From: an uncultured Gemmatimonadales bacterium
GTDB lineage: Bacteria; Gemmatimonadota; Gemmatimonadetes; Gemmatimonadales; GWC2-71-9
Assembly: GCA_963771275.1 (NCBI GenBank)
Contig: CAVYSW010000009.1
Span: forward strand, 256,001 to 320,000
Direction: 5' to 3'
Length of the DNA: 64,000 nt
Under the pieces are notes generated by a model. That model made no database searches, was not told the DNA's origin, and saw nothing but the letters and a program-made list of their open reading frames with translations. A program made the translations under genes and the position numbers. Each line of letters opens with the position of its first letter. The first letter of the stretch is position 1. Shown one piece after another: positions 47,561 through 58,070 of the stretch.

Positions 47561-49753
47561 ATGCTGCGGCTTCTCTCGATCGCGATGCTCGTCTGGACCC
47601 TGCCGGCCGCCTCGCTCGGCGCCCAGCAGCGCACGTTCGCCGGCCACTGGACCGGCACGCTCACCATCCAGGGACAGGAGCTGGGGTTCGACCTGGATCT
47701 CGCCCAGGGCGCGAGCGGCTGGACCGGCGACATCTCGATCCCGGCGCAGGGGGCTACGGATCTCCCGCTCGTGGGCATCACGGTCGCCGGAGACAGCATC
47801 AGCTTCGCCATCGCCGGCATTCCGGGAGACCCGACGTTCCGCGGGGCCCGCTCCCAGGATGGCACGACCGTCCAGGGCACGCTCACGCAGGGCGGGCAGA
47901 GCTTCACATTCTCCATGCGGACCGGCGGCGCCGCGGCGGCCCAGGCGCCGCAAGGCGATTTCGAGTACTTGCGCGCCCACTACACGAAGCAGGAAGTCCT
48001 GATCCCGATGCGGGACGGCGTGAAGCTGTTCACGTCGATCTACGCGCCGACCGATACGACCCGGCGCCACCCGATCATCTTCCAGCGCACCCCCTACAGC
48101 GTGGCACCGTACGGGGCGGGGCGCTTCCCGCCGTTCCTCGGCAACCAGGTCCGGGCCTACATGCGCGAGGGCTACGTCATCGTGCGGCAGGACGTGCGTG
48201 GCCGCTACATGTCGGAAGGCGAGTTCGTCAACGTGCGGCCGTACGTTACCGACAAGCGCGGCCCCCAGAGCATCGACGAGACGACCGATACATACGATAC
48301 GATCGACTGGCTGCTCCAGAACGTGAAGGGCAACAACGGCCGGGTGGGGATCAGCGGGATCTCGTACGGCGGGTTCTACTCCTCGATGGGGGCGATCGAC
48401 GCCCACCCGGCCGTGAAGGCCGTCTCCCCGCAGGCGCCGGTGTCGGCGTGGATGCACGGCGACGACTTCTTCCACAACGGCGCGCTGCTGCTGCCGCATG
48501 CGTTCGACTTCTTCGCCTGGTTCGGCCACCCGCGGCCTGCGCCCAAGAACACGCCCGACCCGCCGCTCGACCACGGCACGCCGGACGGCTACGCGTACTA
48601 CCTGCGGCTCGGCGCCCTCTCCAACGCGAACGCCAAGGTGCTGCACGACAGCGTGGCGTTCTGGAACGAGATGGCGGAGCATTGGCACTGGGACGCGTTC
48701 TGGCAAGCGCGCGACGTGCTGCCCCACCTCAAGGCGTTGAAGCCCGCCATGTTGTGGGTGGGTGGCTGGTTCGACACGGAGAACCTGTGGGGCGCGCTCC
48801 ACGCCTATGGCGCCGCCGAGCGCCAGAGCGCCGGCGCCACCAACCGCCTGGTGATGGGCCCGTGGTCCCACGGGCAGTGGGGCTGGAGCCGGGGCGACTC
48901 GCTCGGGCCGATCGCGTGGGGCTCGGCCACGGGGGAGTTCTATACCGACAGCATCGAGGTCCCGTTCTTCAACTACTACCTGCTGGGCGACGGCCAGCCC
49001 AAGCCCCGGGAGTTCGAGGCGGCCGTGTTCGAGACCGGCGCCGACCAGTGGCACTTCATGGACGTGTGGCCACCGCCCACCACCGCGACCAGCCTCTACC
49101 TGCGGGACGGCGGCACGCTCACCTACGACGCGCCGGCTGGGAAGGCGCCCGCCTACGACCAGTACGTGAGCGATCCGGCCAAGCCCGTGCCGTACACGGC
49201 CGAGATCACCCAGTGGTACGACCCGCCGTTCATGCTGGAGGACCAGCGCTTCGCCTCACGCCGGCCGGATGTCCTGGTGTACGAGACCGCGCCGCTCGCG
49301 AGCGCCCTCACGATCGCGGGCCCGATTCCGGTCGAGCTCTCGGTCTCCACCACGGGCACCGACTGCGACTGGATCGTGAAGCTGATCGACGTGTTCCCCG
49401 ACACGCTCGGCTCGGGCCGCGGCGGACGCGTCAAGCTGGGCGGCTACCAGATGCTGGTGCGGGGCGACGTGCTGCGCGGGAAGTTCCGCAACAGCCTGTC
49501 GCAGCCGGAGCCGTTCGTCCCGGGCGCCGTGACGCCCGTCCGGTTCGTGCTGAACGACGTGTTCCACACGTTCAAGCCCGGGCACCGGATCATGATCCAG
49601 GTGCAGAGCACCTGGTTCCCGATGATCGACCGCAATCCCGGCAAGTTCATGGACATCTTCCGGGCGAAGGACGCGGACTTCCAGCAAACGACGCAGCGCG
49701 TCTACCGCTCGGCGGGGAGCGCGTCGCACGTGGTGCTGCCGGTGATGAAGTAG
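47561..49753 (+). CDS. CocE/NonD family hydrolase with an extra N-terminal beta domain
   Basis: IPMRDGVKLFT, RTPY, GISYGG, GGWFDTEN, GPWSHG; ~100 aa extra N-terminal domain. Confidence 0.93.
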   Translation: MLRLLSIAMLVWTLPAASLGAQQRTFAGHWTGTLTIQGQELGFDLDLAQGASGWTGDISIPAQGATDLPLVGITVAGDSISFAIAGIPGDPTFRGARSQDGTTVQGTLTQGGQSFTFSMRTGGAAAAQAPQGDFEYLRAHYTKQEVLIPMRDGVKLFTSIYAPTDTTRRHPIIFQRTPYSVAPYGAGRFPPFLGNQVRAYMREGYVIVRQDVRGRYMSEGEFVNVRPYVTDKRGPQSIDETTDTYDTIDWLLQNVKGNNGRVGISGISYGGFYSSMGAIDAHPAVKAVSPQAPVSAWMHGDDFFHNGALLLPHAFDFFAWFGHPRPAPKNTPDPPLDHGTPDGYAYYLRLGALSNANAKVLHDSVAFWNEMAEHWHWDAFWQARDVLPHLKALKPAMLWVGGWFDTENLWGALHAYGAAERQSAGATNRLVMGPWSHGQWGWSRGDSLGPIAWGSATGEFYTDSIEVPFFNYYLLGDGQPKPREFEAAVFETGADQWHFMDVWPPPTTATSLYLRDGGTLTYDAPAGKAPAYDQYVSDPAKPVPYTAEITQWYDPPFMLEDQRFASRRPDVLVYETAPLASALTIAGPIPVELSVSTTGTDCDWIVKLIDVFPDTLGSGRGGRVKLGGYQMLVRGDVLRGKFRNSLSQPEPFVPGAVTPVRFVLNDVFHTFKPGHRIMIQVQSTWFPMIDRNPGKFMDIFRAKDADFQQTTQRVYRSAGSASHVVLPVMK

Positions 49754-49755
49754 CA

Positions 49756-49821
49756 GCGGCAGAAGTGGCAGCGGCGGCAGAGGGGAGGATCACCCGCTGC
49801 CGCTCCTGCCGCCCCTGCCGC
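49756..49821. repeat. 9-bp-period palindromic repeat between convergent genes
   Basis: GCGGCAGAA GTGGCAGCG GCGGCAGAG ... CTGCCGC TCCTGCCGC CCCTGCCGC. Confidence 0.75.
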
Positions 49822-52043
49822 TACGGCTTCAGGTATCTCACCAGATGATCGTACGACACCTGCATCATCAGTCCGTAGCTCGCCAGGTTGTACGCCGCGC
49901 CGTGCCGGCCGGGCGGGTAGATCCTGAGGTCGGCATCCCGGCCGGCGTTGGTGAGCGCCGTGAGCAGCTGCATCGTGTTCTGCGGATGGACGTTGTCGTC
50001 CATCATCGAATGGATCAGCAGCAGGTGGCCGGTGATCTTGTCGGCGTGCTCCACCGCCGAGCTCTCCACGTAGCCCTCGACATTCTCGTCCAGCAGCCCC
50101 ATGTAGCGCTCGGTGTAGATCGTATCGTACAGCCGCCAGTCCGTGCCGGGTGAGTTCGCGACGCCGACGGTGAACACGTCCGGGTACATCGCCATCGTGT
50201 ACACCGTGCTGTAGCCGCCGTAGCTGGTCCCCATGATCGCGATCCGGCCGCCGTCCACGTACGGCAGCGTGGCGAGGTAGCGCGCCGCCTCGGCGAAGTC
50301 GTGGCTCTCCCACCGGCCGAGATGGCCGTACACCAGCTTCAGGAACGCGCTGCCGTAGTTGTTGGTCCCGCGGTTGTTGAGCCCCACCACGATGAACCCC
50401 TGCTGCGCCAGCCACTGCGTGAACCCGCTCGCGGCGAACTCGTCGTACACCTGCTGCGAGCCCGGCCCGCCGTAGACGGAGAAGATCACCGGATAGCGGC
50501 GCGTGGAATCGAACGGCACCGGCTTGACGATCGAGCCGTCGAGCCGCACGGAGTCGGACGTCGTGAAGCTGAACAGCTCCGTGGGGGCGAAGGCGTGCGT
50601 CCCCAGCCACTCCGTCACGCGCGTATTCGTCTCCAGCGCCTTGAGCTGCTTGCCGGTGGTGGCCCACAGCTCGACCTGGCGCGGCTGGCGCATGGACGAC
50701 CAGCGGTCGATGTAGTAGCGCGCGTCGGGGGACATGTCGACCCGGTGGGTGCCGGGCGCCTGGGTGAGGCGCCGCTTGGCCGCCCCGTCGAACCGGATCG
50801 CGTACAGTTGCCGCTGGAGCGGCGACGCCTCGGTCGAGCTGTAGTAGATCATCCGGTCGGCGGGGCTGATGCCCTCGATGCGCGTGACGCTCCACGCGCC
50901 GCGCGTCACCTGGTTCAGCAGCTTCCCGGAGTAGTCGTACCGGTAGACGTGCTGCCAGCCGTCGCGGTCCGAGATCCAGAAGAACTCGTGCAGGCCCGCC
51001 GGGAACGACATCAGATCCTCCACCCCGGCGTAGAAGTCGTAGATGTCGAGCCAGGTCTTGGACGTCTCGGTGAGCACCAGCCGCCGCCCGCCGGTATGCA
51101 CGTCGAAGAAATGCAGCTTCACCTCGTTCTGCCGCCGGTTGAGCGTCAGCACGGCGAGCGTGTCCGGCCGGCTGGTCCAGTAGATCCGCGGGACGTAGTA
51201 GTCGCCCGACTCGCCGGGATCGAGCCACACCTGGCCGCCGCTCTTGACGTCCACCACGCCGATCCGCACCCGCGGGTTCGAGTCGCCGGGCTGCGGGATC
51301 CGGATGCGCTCCCACTCGGGATGCCGGCCCTCATAGTCCGTGATCTGGATGACGGGCTCGGCGCTCTCGTCCACCTGCCAGAACGCGATGAACCGGCTGT
51401 CCGGCGACCAGTTCCACGCCTGGGCCATGCCGAATTCCTCCTCGTACACCCAGTCGAAATGGCCGTTGTAGACGGTCTCCGTCGCCCCCTGGGTGAGCCG
51501 CGTCTCCCGCTGCGTCGCGAGATCGGACACGAACAGATCGCCGTCCCGCTCGTAGCCCAGCATCGCGCCGTCGGGCGACAGCTCGGCCGTCCGGGCGCCG
51601 CGCGCCGCCAGGCGCATCGCGCGATCGGCCAGCGAGTAGACGTAGTAGTCCGCCGTGCCGGACCGGCGGTACAGCGGCACGAACCGCGTCTGGAACACCA
51701 GGTGCTTCGAGTCGCGCGCCCACTGGAACGAGCGGTACGCGAACGCCTCGCTCGTGTCGGGGAACGTCACGCCCTGGGCGGAGAACAGCAGCACGTCCTC
51801 GCCGGTCGCGGGATCGAGCGCGCGGATTTCCTCCCCGCCGCCCGACGCGGCCCGCGCGATGTACGAGTAGCGTTGGCCGCCGTCGATCCAGTTGACATTG
51901 CGCGGGCCGGAGCCGCCGTTCATCGCGCCGGACGCCTGGATCGCCTGCATCAGGTTGGTGAACCGCGTCTTCTCCTGAGCCCGACCGACCGCCGGCAGCG
52001 CCAGCAGCAGGATCAGAGAGAGCACGCCGCATCGAGCACGCAT
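49821..52043 (-). CDS. Dipeptidyl peptidase IV (S9B)
   Basis: DWVYEEE, VYGGPGSQ, GTSYGG, DDNVH, catalytic His. Confidence 0.95.
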   Translation of the reverse strand: MRARCGVLSLILLLALPAVGRAQEKTRFTNLMQAIQASGAMNGGSGPRNVNWIDGGQRYSYIARAASGGGEEIRALDPATGEDVLLFSAQGVTFPDTSEAFAYRSFQWARDSKHLVFQTRFVPLYRRSGTADYYVYSLADRAMRLAARGARTAELSPDGAMLGYERDGDLFVSDLATQRETRLTQGATETVYNGHFDWVYEEEFGMAQAWNWSPDSRFIAFWQVDESAEPVIQITDYEGRHPEWERIRIPQPGDSNPRVRIGVVDVKSGGQVWLDPGESGDYYVPRIYWTSRPDTLAVLTLNRRQNEVKLHFFDVHTGGRRLVLTETSKTWLDIYDFYAGVEDLMSFPAGLHEFFWISDRDGWQHVYRYDYSGKLLNQVTRGAWSVTRIEGISPADRMIYYSSTEASPLQRQLYAIRFDGAAKRRLTQAPGTHRVDMSPDARYYIDRWSSMRQPRQVELWATTGKQLKALETNTRVTEWLGTHAFAPTELFSFTTSDSVRLDGSIVKPVPFDSTRRYPVIFSVYGGPGSQQVYDEFAASGFTQWLAQQGFIVVGLNNRGTNNYGSAFLKLVYGHLGRWESHDFAEAARYLATLPYVDGGRIAIMGTSYGGYSTVYTMAMYPDVFTVGVANSPGTDWRLYDTIYTERYMGLLDENVEGYVESSAVEHADKITGHLLLIHSMMDDNVHPQNTMQLLTALTNAGRDADLRIYPPGRHGAAYNLASYGLMMQVSYDHLVRYLKP

Positions 52044-52071
52044 CGTGGAACTCGCTGGTTGAGGAACGCCG

Positions 52072-53352
52072 TCAGAACGGCTGCTCGAGGGAGGGACTCT
52101 GCGGTGTCAGCAGCTCCGCCCCGCTCTCGGTGATTACCATGTCGTCCTCGAGCCGGACGCCGAACTCGCCGCGGATGTAGATACCCGGCTCATCGCTGAA
52201 CGTCATCCGGGGCGCGAGCGGCAATGTGTTGCCGCGCACCAGGTACGGCCACTCATGGCCGTCCATCCCGAGACCGTGCCCGACCCGGTGGCTGAAGTAC
52301 GCGTACCCCGGCCCGTACCCGGCATCCACGATCACCTGGCGGGCCGCCGCGTCCACCGCCTCACAGGGAAGCCCGGGGCGGGCGGCTGTGACCGCCGCCT
52401 CCTGCGCGCGGTGCACGATGTCGAACACCGCGCGCATCTTGGGCGTCGCCGTCCCGAGCACGAACGTCCGGCTCAGATCCGACTGGTAGCCCTCCACGGA
52501 GCACCCGCCGTCGATCAGCAGGATCGTGCCCTCGCGGATCGTCTGCGGCGTGGTGGAGCCGTGCGGCAGCGCCGAGTACGCCCCCGTCTGCGCGCTGGCG
52601 CCGCCGGCGAAGCCGAGCTTGCGGTGCGCCGCCGCGACCAGCTCGCCAAAGCGCTGCTGGGTCATTCCCTCCGCCAGCGCGCGGTGGGCCGCGGCGTAGG
52701 CCATCAGCGTCACCCGGGCGGCCAGCCGCATCAACTCGAGCTCGTGCGCGTCCTTGACGCCGCGGCAGCCGGCGGTGACCGGCGTGCCGCTCCGGAGGCG
52801 GAGGGCCGGCGCCGCCTGCGCGACGCCGGCGCTGAACACGTAGCGCACCGTCTCCTCGATCCCGAGCGTGCCGGTCACCAGCCCCCGCGCGCCCAGGCCC
52901 TTGGCCACCAGGGCGTACGGACTCTCGTCCTCCTGCCAGACGAGCACCTCGGTGTCGGCTCCGCCCAGGGGACCCGTGGCGAGCTGCTCGCGCGCGCGGT
53001 CCTCCTCGAACGCGGGGCTCACCACGAACGGCCGTCCCGTGACCGGGACCACCACCGCGAGCAGCCGCTCGCTCAGGCCCCAGCGCATGTTCGTGAAGTA
53101 GGCGAGCGACGTGCCGCCGGTCAACATCAGGGCGTCGATCCCCTGCTGGCGCATCAGCTGGCGCGCCCGCTCGAATCGGGTCTCGCGCTCGGCGACCGTG
53201 ATCGGCCGGGCCTGGTCCCTGAGCGACGGGAGCTGCGCGATCGAGGGCGGCAGATCGTCGCACGCCTGCTGCGGCTCTGCCGTGGCGGGGCGGGCGGCGC
53301 CACCGAGCACCGCGACCGAGGAGGCGCCAAGGAACTCGCGACGGGTGAGCAT
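52072..53352 (-). CDS. Xaa-Pro peptidase (M24), Tat-exported
   Basis: TRREFL; PHG, IDGG, SDLSRT, HRVGHGLG, DEPGIY, GVRLED. Confidence 0.93.
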   Translation of the reverse strand: MLTRREFLGASSVAVLGGAARPATAEPQQACDDLPPSIAQLPSLRDQARPITVAERETRFERARQLMRQQGIDALMLTGGTSLAYFTNMRWGLSERLLAVVVPVTGRPFVVSPAFEEDRAREQLATGPLGGADTEVLVWQEDESPYALVAKGLGARGLVTGTLGIEETVRYVFSAGVAQAAPALRLRSGTPVTAGCRGVKDAHELELMRLAARVTLMAYAAAHRALAEGMTQQRFGELVAAAHRKLGFAGGASAQTGAYSALPHGSTTPQTIREGTILLIDGGCSVEGYQSDLSRTFVLGTATPKMRAVFDIVHRAQEAAVTAARPGLPCEAVDAAARQVIVDAGYGPGYAYFSHRVGHGLGMDGHEWPYLVRGNTLPLAPRMTFSDEPGIYIRGEFGVRLEDDMVITESGAELLTPQSPSLEQPF

Positions 53353-53437
53353 GGAGGCTCCGGGTTGGGCTGGGATTGGACAAGCATAGGCGGTGGCCCG
53401 CCGGGGAGGGAAGGGGTGAGGGTATATTACCGGCACC

Positions 53438-55234
53438 ATGCGCCAGGACCGGATCCGCAACTTCTGCATCGTGGCCCACATCGATCACGGCAAGTCCACG
53501 CTCGCGGACCGCCTGATCGAGGCCACCGGCACGCTCGAGAAGCGGCGCATGCGGGAGCAGGTGCTCGACACGATGGACCTGGAGCGCGAGCGCGGCATCA
53601 CCATCAAGCTCAACGCCGTGCGGATGACCTACCCCGCGGCGGACGGCAACAGCTACGAGCTGAACCTGATCGACACCCCGGGGCACGTGGACTTCACCTA
53701 CGAGGTCTCGCGCTCGCTCAACGCGTGCGAGGGCGCGATTCTCGTCGTGGACGCCAGCCAGGGGATCCAGGCCCAGACGCTGAGCAACCTGTTTCTCGCG
53801 CTCGACGCCGGGCTCGAGATCATCCCGGTGCTCAACAAGATCGATCTCCCGGCGGCCGAGCCCGCGCGCCGCGCCGCGGAGCTGCACGACCTGATCGGGT
53901 CGTCGCCCGACGAGATCCTCCACGTGTCCGCCAAGGAGGGCCTCGGGATCGACCGGCTGCTGGAGGAGATCGTGCGCCGCGTGCCGCCGCCCAAGGGCGA
54001 TCCCGCCGCGCCGCTCCGCGCGCTGATCTTCGACTCGTACTACGATCGCTACCGCGGGGCGATCCCGAGCATCCGCGTGGTGGACGGCAGCCTCCGCAAG
54101 GGCACGCGGATCACCTTCGGCGCGCGGCCGGAGCACGTCTACGACGTGGAGGAGGTCGGCTACCTGCAGCTCGCCCAGAAGCCCACCGACGTGCTCGAGG
54201 CCGGCGAGGTGGGCTACGTCGTGGCGAACGTGCGGGCGGTCGAGGAGACCCGCGCGGGCGACACCGTGCTCGACGCCACGCGTCCCGCGCCCGTCCTGCC
54301 GGGCTACCGCGAGATCAAGCCGATGGTCTTCGCGGGGCTCTACCCCACCGACGCCAACCAGTACGAGGAGCTGCGCGACTCCCTCGCCAAGCTCAAGCTG
54401 AACGACGGCTCGCTGCACTACGAGCCCGAGACCTCGGTGGCGCTCGGCTTCGGGTTCCGCTGCGGCTTTCTCGGCCTGCTGCACATGGAGATCGTGCGCG
54501 AGCGGCTGGAGCGCGAGTTCGGCCTCGATCTCGTCAGTACCGTCCCCAACGTGGAGTACCACGTCCACCAGACGGACGGCAGCATGACGGTCATCGAGAA
54601 TCCCACCGCCATGCCGCACGGCTCGGGCATCGACCGTATCGAGGAGCCCTACGTCCGCACGCGGCTCACCGCGCCCGCCGACTACATCGGCGCCATCATG
54701 CGGCTCGGCCAGGAGCGGCGCGGCGAGTACCTCGGCATGCACTACGTGGATCCGGCCCGCGTCCAGTTCGAGTTCGACTTCCCGCTCGCCGAGATCATCC
54801 TCGACTTCTTCGACCGGCTCAAGACCGTGACGCGCGGCTACGCCGCCATGGACTACGAGATGAGCGGCTACCGGCCGAACGACCTCGTCAAGCTCGACAT
54901 GCTGATCAACGGCGACGCGGTGGACGCGTTCAGCGTGATCCTGCACCGCGACAAGGCGTTCGAGTGGGGCCGGAAGATCGCCGAGAAGCTCAAGGAGCTG
55001 ATCCCGCGCCAGCTGTTCGAGGTCGTGATCCAGGCCGCGATCGGGAGCAAGGTGATCGCCCGCCAGACCGTCCGCCCGCTGCGCAAGAACGTGACGGCGA
55101 AGTGCTACGGGGGCGACATCACCCGCAAGCGCAAGCTGCTCGAGAAGCAGCGCGAGGGCAAGAAGCGCATGAAGCAGGTCGGCGCCGTGGACATTCCCCA
55201 GGAGGCGTTCCTGGCCGTCCTGCAGATCGAGTGA
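53438..55234 (+). CDS. lepA: Elongation factor 4 LepA
   Basis: [45 protein letters not shown]. Confidence 0.98.
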   Translation: MRQDRIRNFCIVAHIDHGKSTLADRLIEATGTLEKRRMREQVLDTMDLERERGITIKLNAVRMTYPAADGNSYELNLIDTPGHVDFTYEVSRSLNACEGAILVVDASQGIQAQTLSNLFLALDAGLEIIPVLNKIDLPAAEPARRAAELHDLIGSSPDEILHVSAKEGLGIDRLLEEIVRRVPPPKGDPAAPLRALIFDSYYDRYRGAIPSIRVVDGSLRKGTRITFGARPEHVYDVEEVGYLQLAQKPTDVLEAGEVGYVVANVRAVEETRAGDTVLDATRPAPVLPGYREIKPMVFAGLYPTDANQYEELRDSLAKLKLNDGSLHYEPETSVALGFGFRCGFLGLLHMEIVRERLEREFGLDLVSTVPNVEYHVHQTDGSMTVIENPTAMPHGSGIDRIEEPYVRTRLTAPADYIGAIMRLGQERRGEYLGMHYVDPARVQFEFDFPLAEIILDFFDRLKTVTRGYAAMDYEMSGYRPNDLVKLDMLINGDAVDAFSVILHRDKAFEWGRKIAEKLKELIPRQLFEVVIQAAIGSKVIARQTVRPLRKNVTAKCYGGDITRKRKLLEKQREGKKRMKQVGAVDIPQEAFLAVLQIE

Positions 55235-55247
55235 TCGCGGAGGGCGC

Positions 55248-56231
55248 ATGCGACTGATCGTCGGCGTCGATCTCGGCGGCACGAACATCGTGGTCGGCAC
55301 GCTGCCCGAGGACGGCGGTGCGCTGTACGGCCAGGTGAGCGAGCCGACCCCCGTGGCGGCCGGCCCCGAGGCCGTCGTGCGGTGCATGGTCGCGCTCGTG
55401 CAGCGCTCGCTCGACGACACGCGCCGGGCGCTGGGCGGGGCGCGCGTGGACGTGGCGGGCGTGGGCGTCGGCGCCCCCGGCCCGCTCGACACCGCCAGCG
55501 GCATCGTGCTGCTCGCGCCGAACCTCGGCTGGCGGGACATGCCGCTGCGCCAGCGCATCGCCGACGCGACCGGCCTGGACGCGACGCTCGACAACGACGC
55601 CAACTGCGCGACCTTCGGCGAGTGGTGGCGCGGGGCCGCGCGCGACGGGCGCATCGTCGCCGGCCTCACCATCGGGACCGGGATCGGCGGCGGCATCGTG
55701 CTCGACGGCGGGATCTACCACGGCGCATCCGATGTGGCGGCGGAGTTCGGTCACACGACGATCGACGCCACCGGCCGGCGCTGCAGCTGCGGCAACTACG
55801 GCTGCCTCGAGGCCTACGCCTCGGGACCCAACATCGCGAAGCGGGCGATCGAGGAGCTCGAGAGCGGCCGCCCCTCGTCGATCCCCGGGCACGTGGGCGA
55901 CGACCTGCAGCGCGTGACCGCCCAGACGGTCTACGCCGCGGCGAGCGCCGGCGACGAGCTCGCCCTCGAGGTCGTGCGCGACACGGCCAAGTTCCTCGGC
56001 GTCGGCATCGCCAACATCGTGAACATCCTCAATCCCGACGTCGTCGTGATCACGGGGGGCGTGACGCAGGCGGGTGACCGCCTGTTCGTGCCGCTGCGCA
56101 TGGAGGTGGGCCGCCGCGCCTTCAAGCCCGCCGTCGACGCGTGCCGCATCGTTCCCGGCACGCTGCCGGGCACCGCCGGGGTGTTCGGCGCCGTGGCCGC
56201 GTTCAAGGTCCAGCGCTGGGGCGCCGTGTGA
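55248..56231 (+). CDS. ROK family sugar kinase (glucokinase-like)
   Basis: GVDLGGT, DNDAN, GTGIGGG, EFGH, CSCGNYGCLE. Confidence 0.93.
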   Translation: MRLIVGVDLGGTNIVVGTLPEDGGALYGQVSEPTPVAAGPEAVVRCMVALVQRSLDDTRRALGGARVDVAGVGVGAPGPLDTASGIVLLAPNLGWRDMPLRQRIADATGLDATLDNDANCATFGEWWRGAARDGRIVAGLTIGTGIGGGIVLDGGIYHGASDVAAEFGHTTIDATGRRCSCGNYGCLEAYASGPNIAKRAIEELESGRPSSIPGHVGDDLQRVTAQTVYAAASAGDELALEVVRDTAKFLGVGIANIVNILNPDVVVITGGVTQAGDRLFVPLRMEVGRRAFKPAVDACRIVPGTLPGTAGVFGAVAAFKVQRWGAV

Positions 56232-57178
56232 CGCGACGGCTCGGCGTCGTCGGGACCATGGTGTGGGACACGATCTACGGCCGCGGCCCGACGCCCGAGC
56301 CCGTCGAGGAGTGGGGGGGCATCGCCTATGCGCTCGCCGCGCTCGAAGCGGCGCTGCCCGACGACTGCGAGATCGTGCCGCTCGTGCGCGTCGGGCGCGA
56401 TCTCGCCCCCCAGGCCGAGGCCTTCCTGCACCAACTCACCCGCCGCGCGGCGACCGCCCGGTTCATCGTGGTGCCGGAACCCAACAACCGGGTGACGCTG
56501 CGCTACACCTCGGCCCAGCGCCGCGCGGAGCGGCTGGCGGGCGGCGTGCCGCCCTGGACGTGGCGCGAGCTCGGACCGCTGGTGCGGGACCTCGACGCCG
56601 TGTACGTGAACTTCATCTCGGGCTTCGAGCTCGATCTCACCACCGCCCAGCAGCTCCGCTACGGCTTTCCGGGGCCGCTCTACGCCGATCTCCATTCGCT
56701 GCTGCTCGGCGTCTCACATCACGGCGACCGGTTCCCGCAGCCGCTGCCCGACGCGCACCAGTGGTTCGCCTGCTTCGACGTCGTGCAGCTCAACGAGGAG
56801 GAGATGGGGCTGGTGGGCGGGGCGCCCATGGCGGTCGCCGCCGCGGCCCTCGCCCAGGGCGTCCGCCTCCTCGTGGTCACCCTCGCCGCGCGGGGCAGCG
56901 TGTATTTTTCGGTGCCCGCCTTCACGTTCGCGCGGCCGCCGGCACCGCCGTCCGGACCGATCGAGACGGCGCGGATCCCCGCCGCCCGGGCGCTCGACGA
57001 GGGCGACGCCACCGGCTGCGGCGACGTGTTCGGCGGCACGCTCGTCGCGCACCTGCTCCGCGCGACCCCGCTCGCGGACGCGCTGCGGGCGGCGAACGAA
57101 GCAGCCGGCCGCAACCTGCAGCACCGCGGCGCCGGCAACCTGCAATACCACCTGCGCGGAGAGATAGCGCCCCGATGA
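56228..57178 (+). CDS. PfkB family carbohydrate kinase
   Basis: GTGA overlap; WGGIAY, QLNEEE, VVTLAARG, DATGCGDVFGG. Confidence 0.85.
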   Translation: MTRRLGVVGTMVWDTIYGRGPTPEPVEEWGGIAYALAALEAALPDDCEIVPLVRVGRDLAPQAEAFLHQLTRRAATARFIVVPEPNNRVTLRYTSAQRRAERLAGGVPPWTWRELGPLVRDLDAVYVNFISGFELDLTTAQQLRYGFPGPLYADLHSLLLGVSHHGDRFPQPLPDAHQWFACFDVVQLNEEEMGLVGGAPMAVAAAALAQGVRLLVVTLAARGSVYFSVPAFTFARPPAPPSGPIETARIPAARALDEGDATGCGDVFGGTLVAHLLRATPLADALRAANEAAGRNLQHRGAGNLQYHLRGEIAPR

Positions 57179-58065
57179 CCCGTGTCGTGGAAGTCCCGGC
57201 GCATTTCGACGACCGCTCGTTCGATCAGTTCGCCAAGAGCTACGGCGCCGAAGACGGGCGGCGCCTGCTGTTCGACGCGCACGCCGCCCAGTGGGCCTCG
57301 CCGTACGGGCTGCTGGGCCTGCTCACCGCCGGCCAGGCCCTCGCCGAGCAGGGCCGCGAGCGCCCGTTGCTCACGCTGCCGCAGGACCGTGACGTGCTGC
57401 ACTACTGGACCCGGACCGGGTTCGCCGAGCACGCGGAGGCGTATTTCGAGCTGCACGGCCGCATCCCGCGCGTGCAGGCGCGCGGCGACTCCGACGTGCT
57501 GCTCGAGGTCACCCCCGTGCGCGGCGCGGACGACGTCCACGAGGTCGTGCACCACATCCAGGAGCGGGCGGCGACCATGCTGACGCACGAGCTGGGACTC
57601 GAGGCGCCGGCGACCATGGGCTTCGGGATGGCGCTTTCGGAGGCGTGTCAGAATATTGTAGAGCACGCGGGAACGGGCGGCTGGGTTGCGGTGCAGACGT
57701 ACACCTGGCGGCGGCGCCTCGGGCGGCGCGTGGTGGTGATCGCGGTCGCGGACGCCGGCGTCGGGTTTCGACGGTCCCTCGAGGCCACGCAGGCCAAGCG
57801 CTTCGGCGACCGCTGGGGCGACGCGGCGGCGCTCGAAGCGGCCATGATCCAGGGGATGAGCCGGTTCCGCGACCCGGGACGCGGTCAGGGCCTGGCCGGG
57901 ATCCGCCGGTACCTCAACCGCTGGTCCGGCAAGCTGTCAGTACGGAGCGGCACGGCGCGCATGGCCATGGTGCCGGCCTGGGACGACGACGTGCCGCTCG
58001 CGGATCAGCTCCCGTTCTTTCCCGGCACCCAGCTGCTGATCATCGTGCCGGCACGCGGCGAGTGA
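57175..58065 (+). CDS. STAS-like domain plus HATPase_c (anti-sigma-kinase-like) protein
   Basis: ATGA overlap; N box SEACQNIVEHA, G1 DAGVG, G2 GRGQGL, PGTQ; no HisKA phospho-His box. Confidence 0.8.
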   Translation: MTRVVEVPAHFDDRSFDQFAKSYGAEDGRRLLFDAHAAQWASPYGLLGLLTAGQALAEQGRERPLLTLPQDRDVLHYWTRTGFAEHAEAYFELHGRIPRVQARGDSDVLLEVTPVRGADDVHEVVHHIQERAATMLTHELGLEAPATMGFGMALSEACQNIVEHAGTGGWVAVQTYTWRRRLGRRVVVIAVADAGVGFRRSLEATQAKRFGDRWGDAAALEAAMIQGMSRFRDPGRGQGLAGIRRYLNRWSGKLSVRSGTARMAMVPAWDDDVPLADQLPFFPGTQLLIIVPARGE

Positions 58066-58070
58066 GGGCG

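Noticed and set aside
53370..53425. Possible heptamer repeats upstream of lepA (also 29855-29880 and 9331-9350)
   Set aside because: Too short and degenerate to separate from G/C-rich low complexity.
57640..57670. dif (XerCD) site
   Set aside because: No TTATGTTAAA-like XerD arm.
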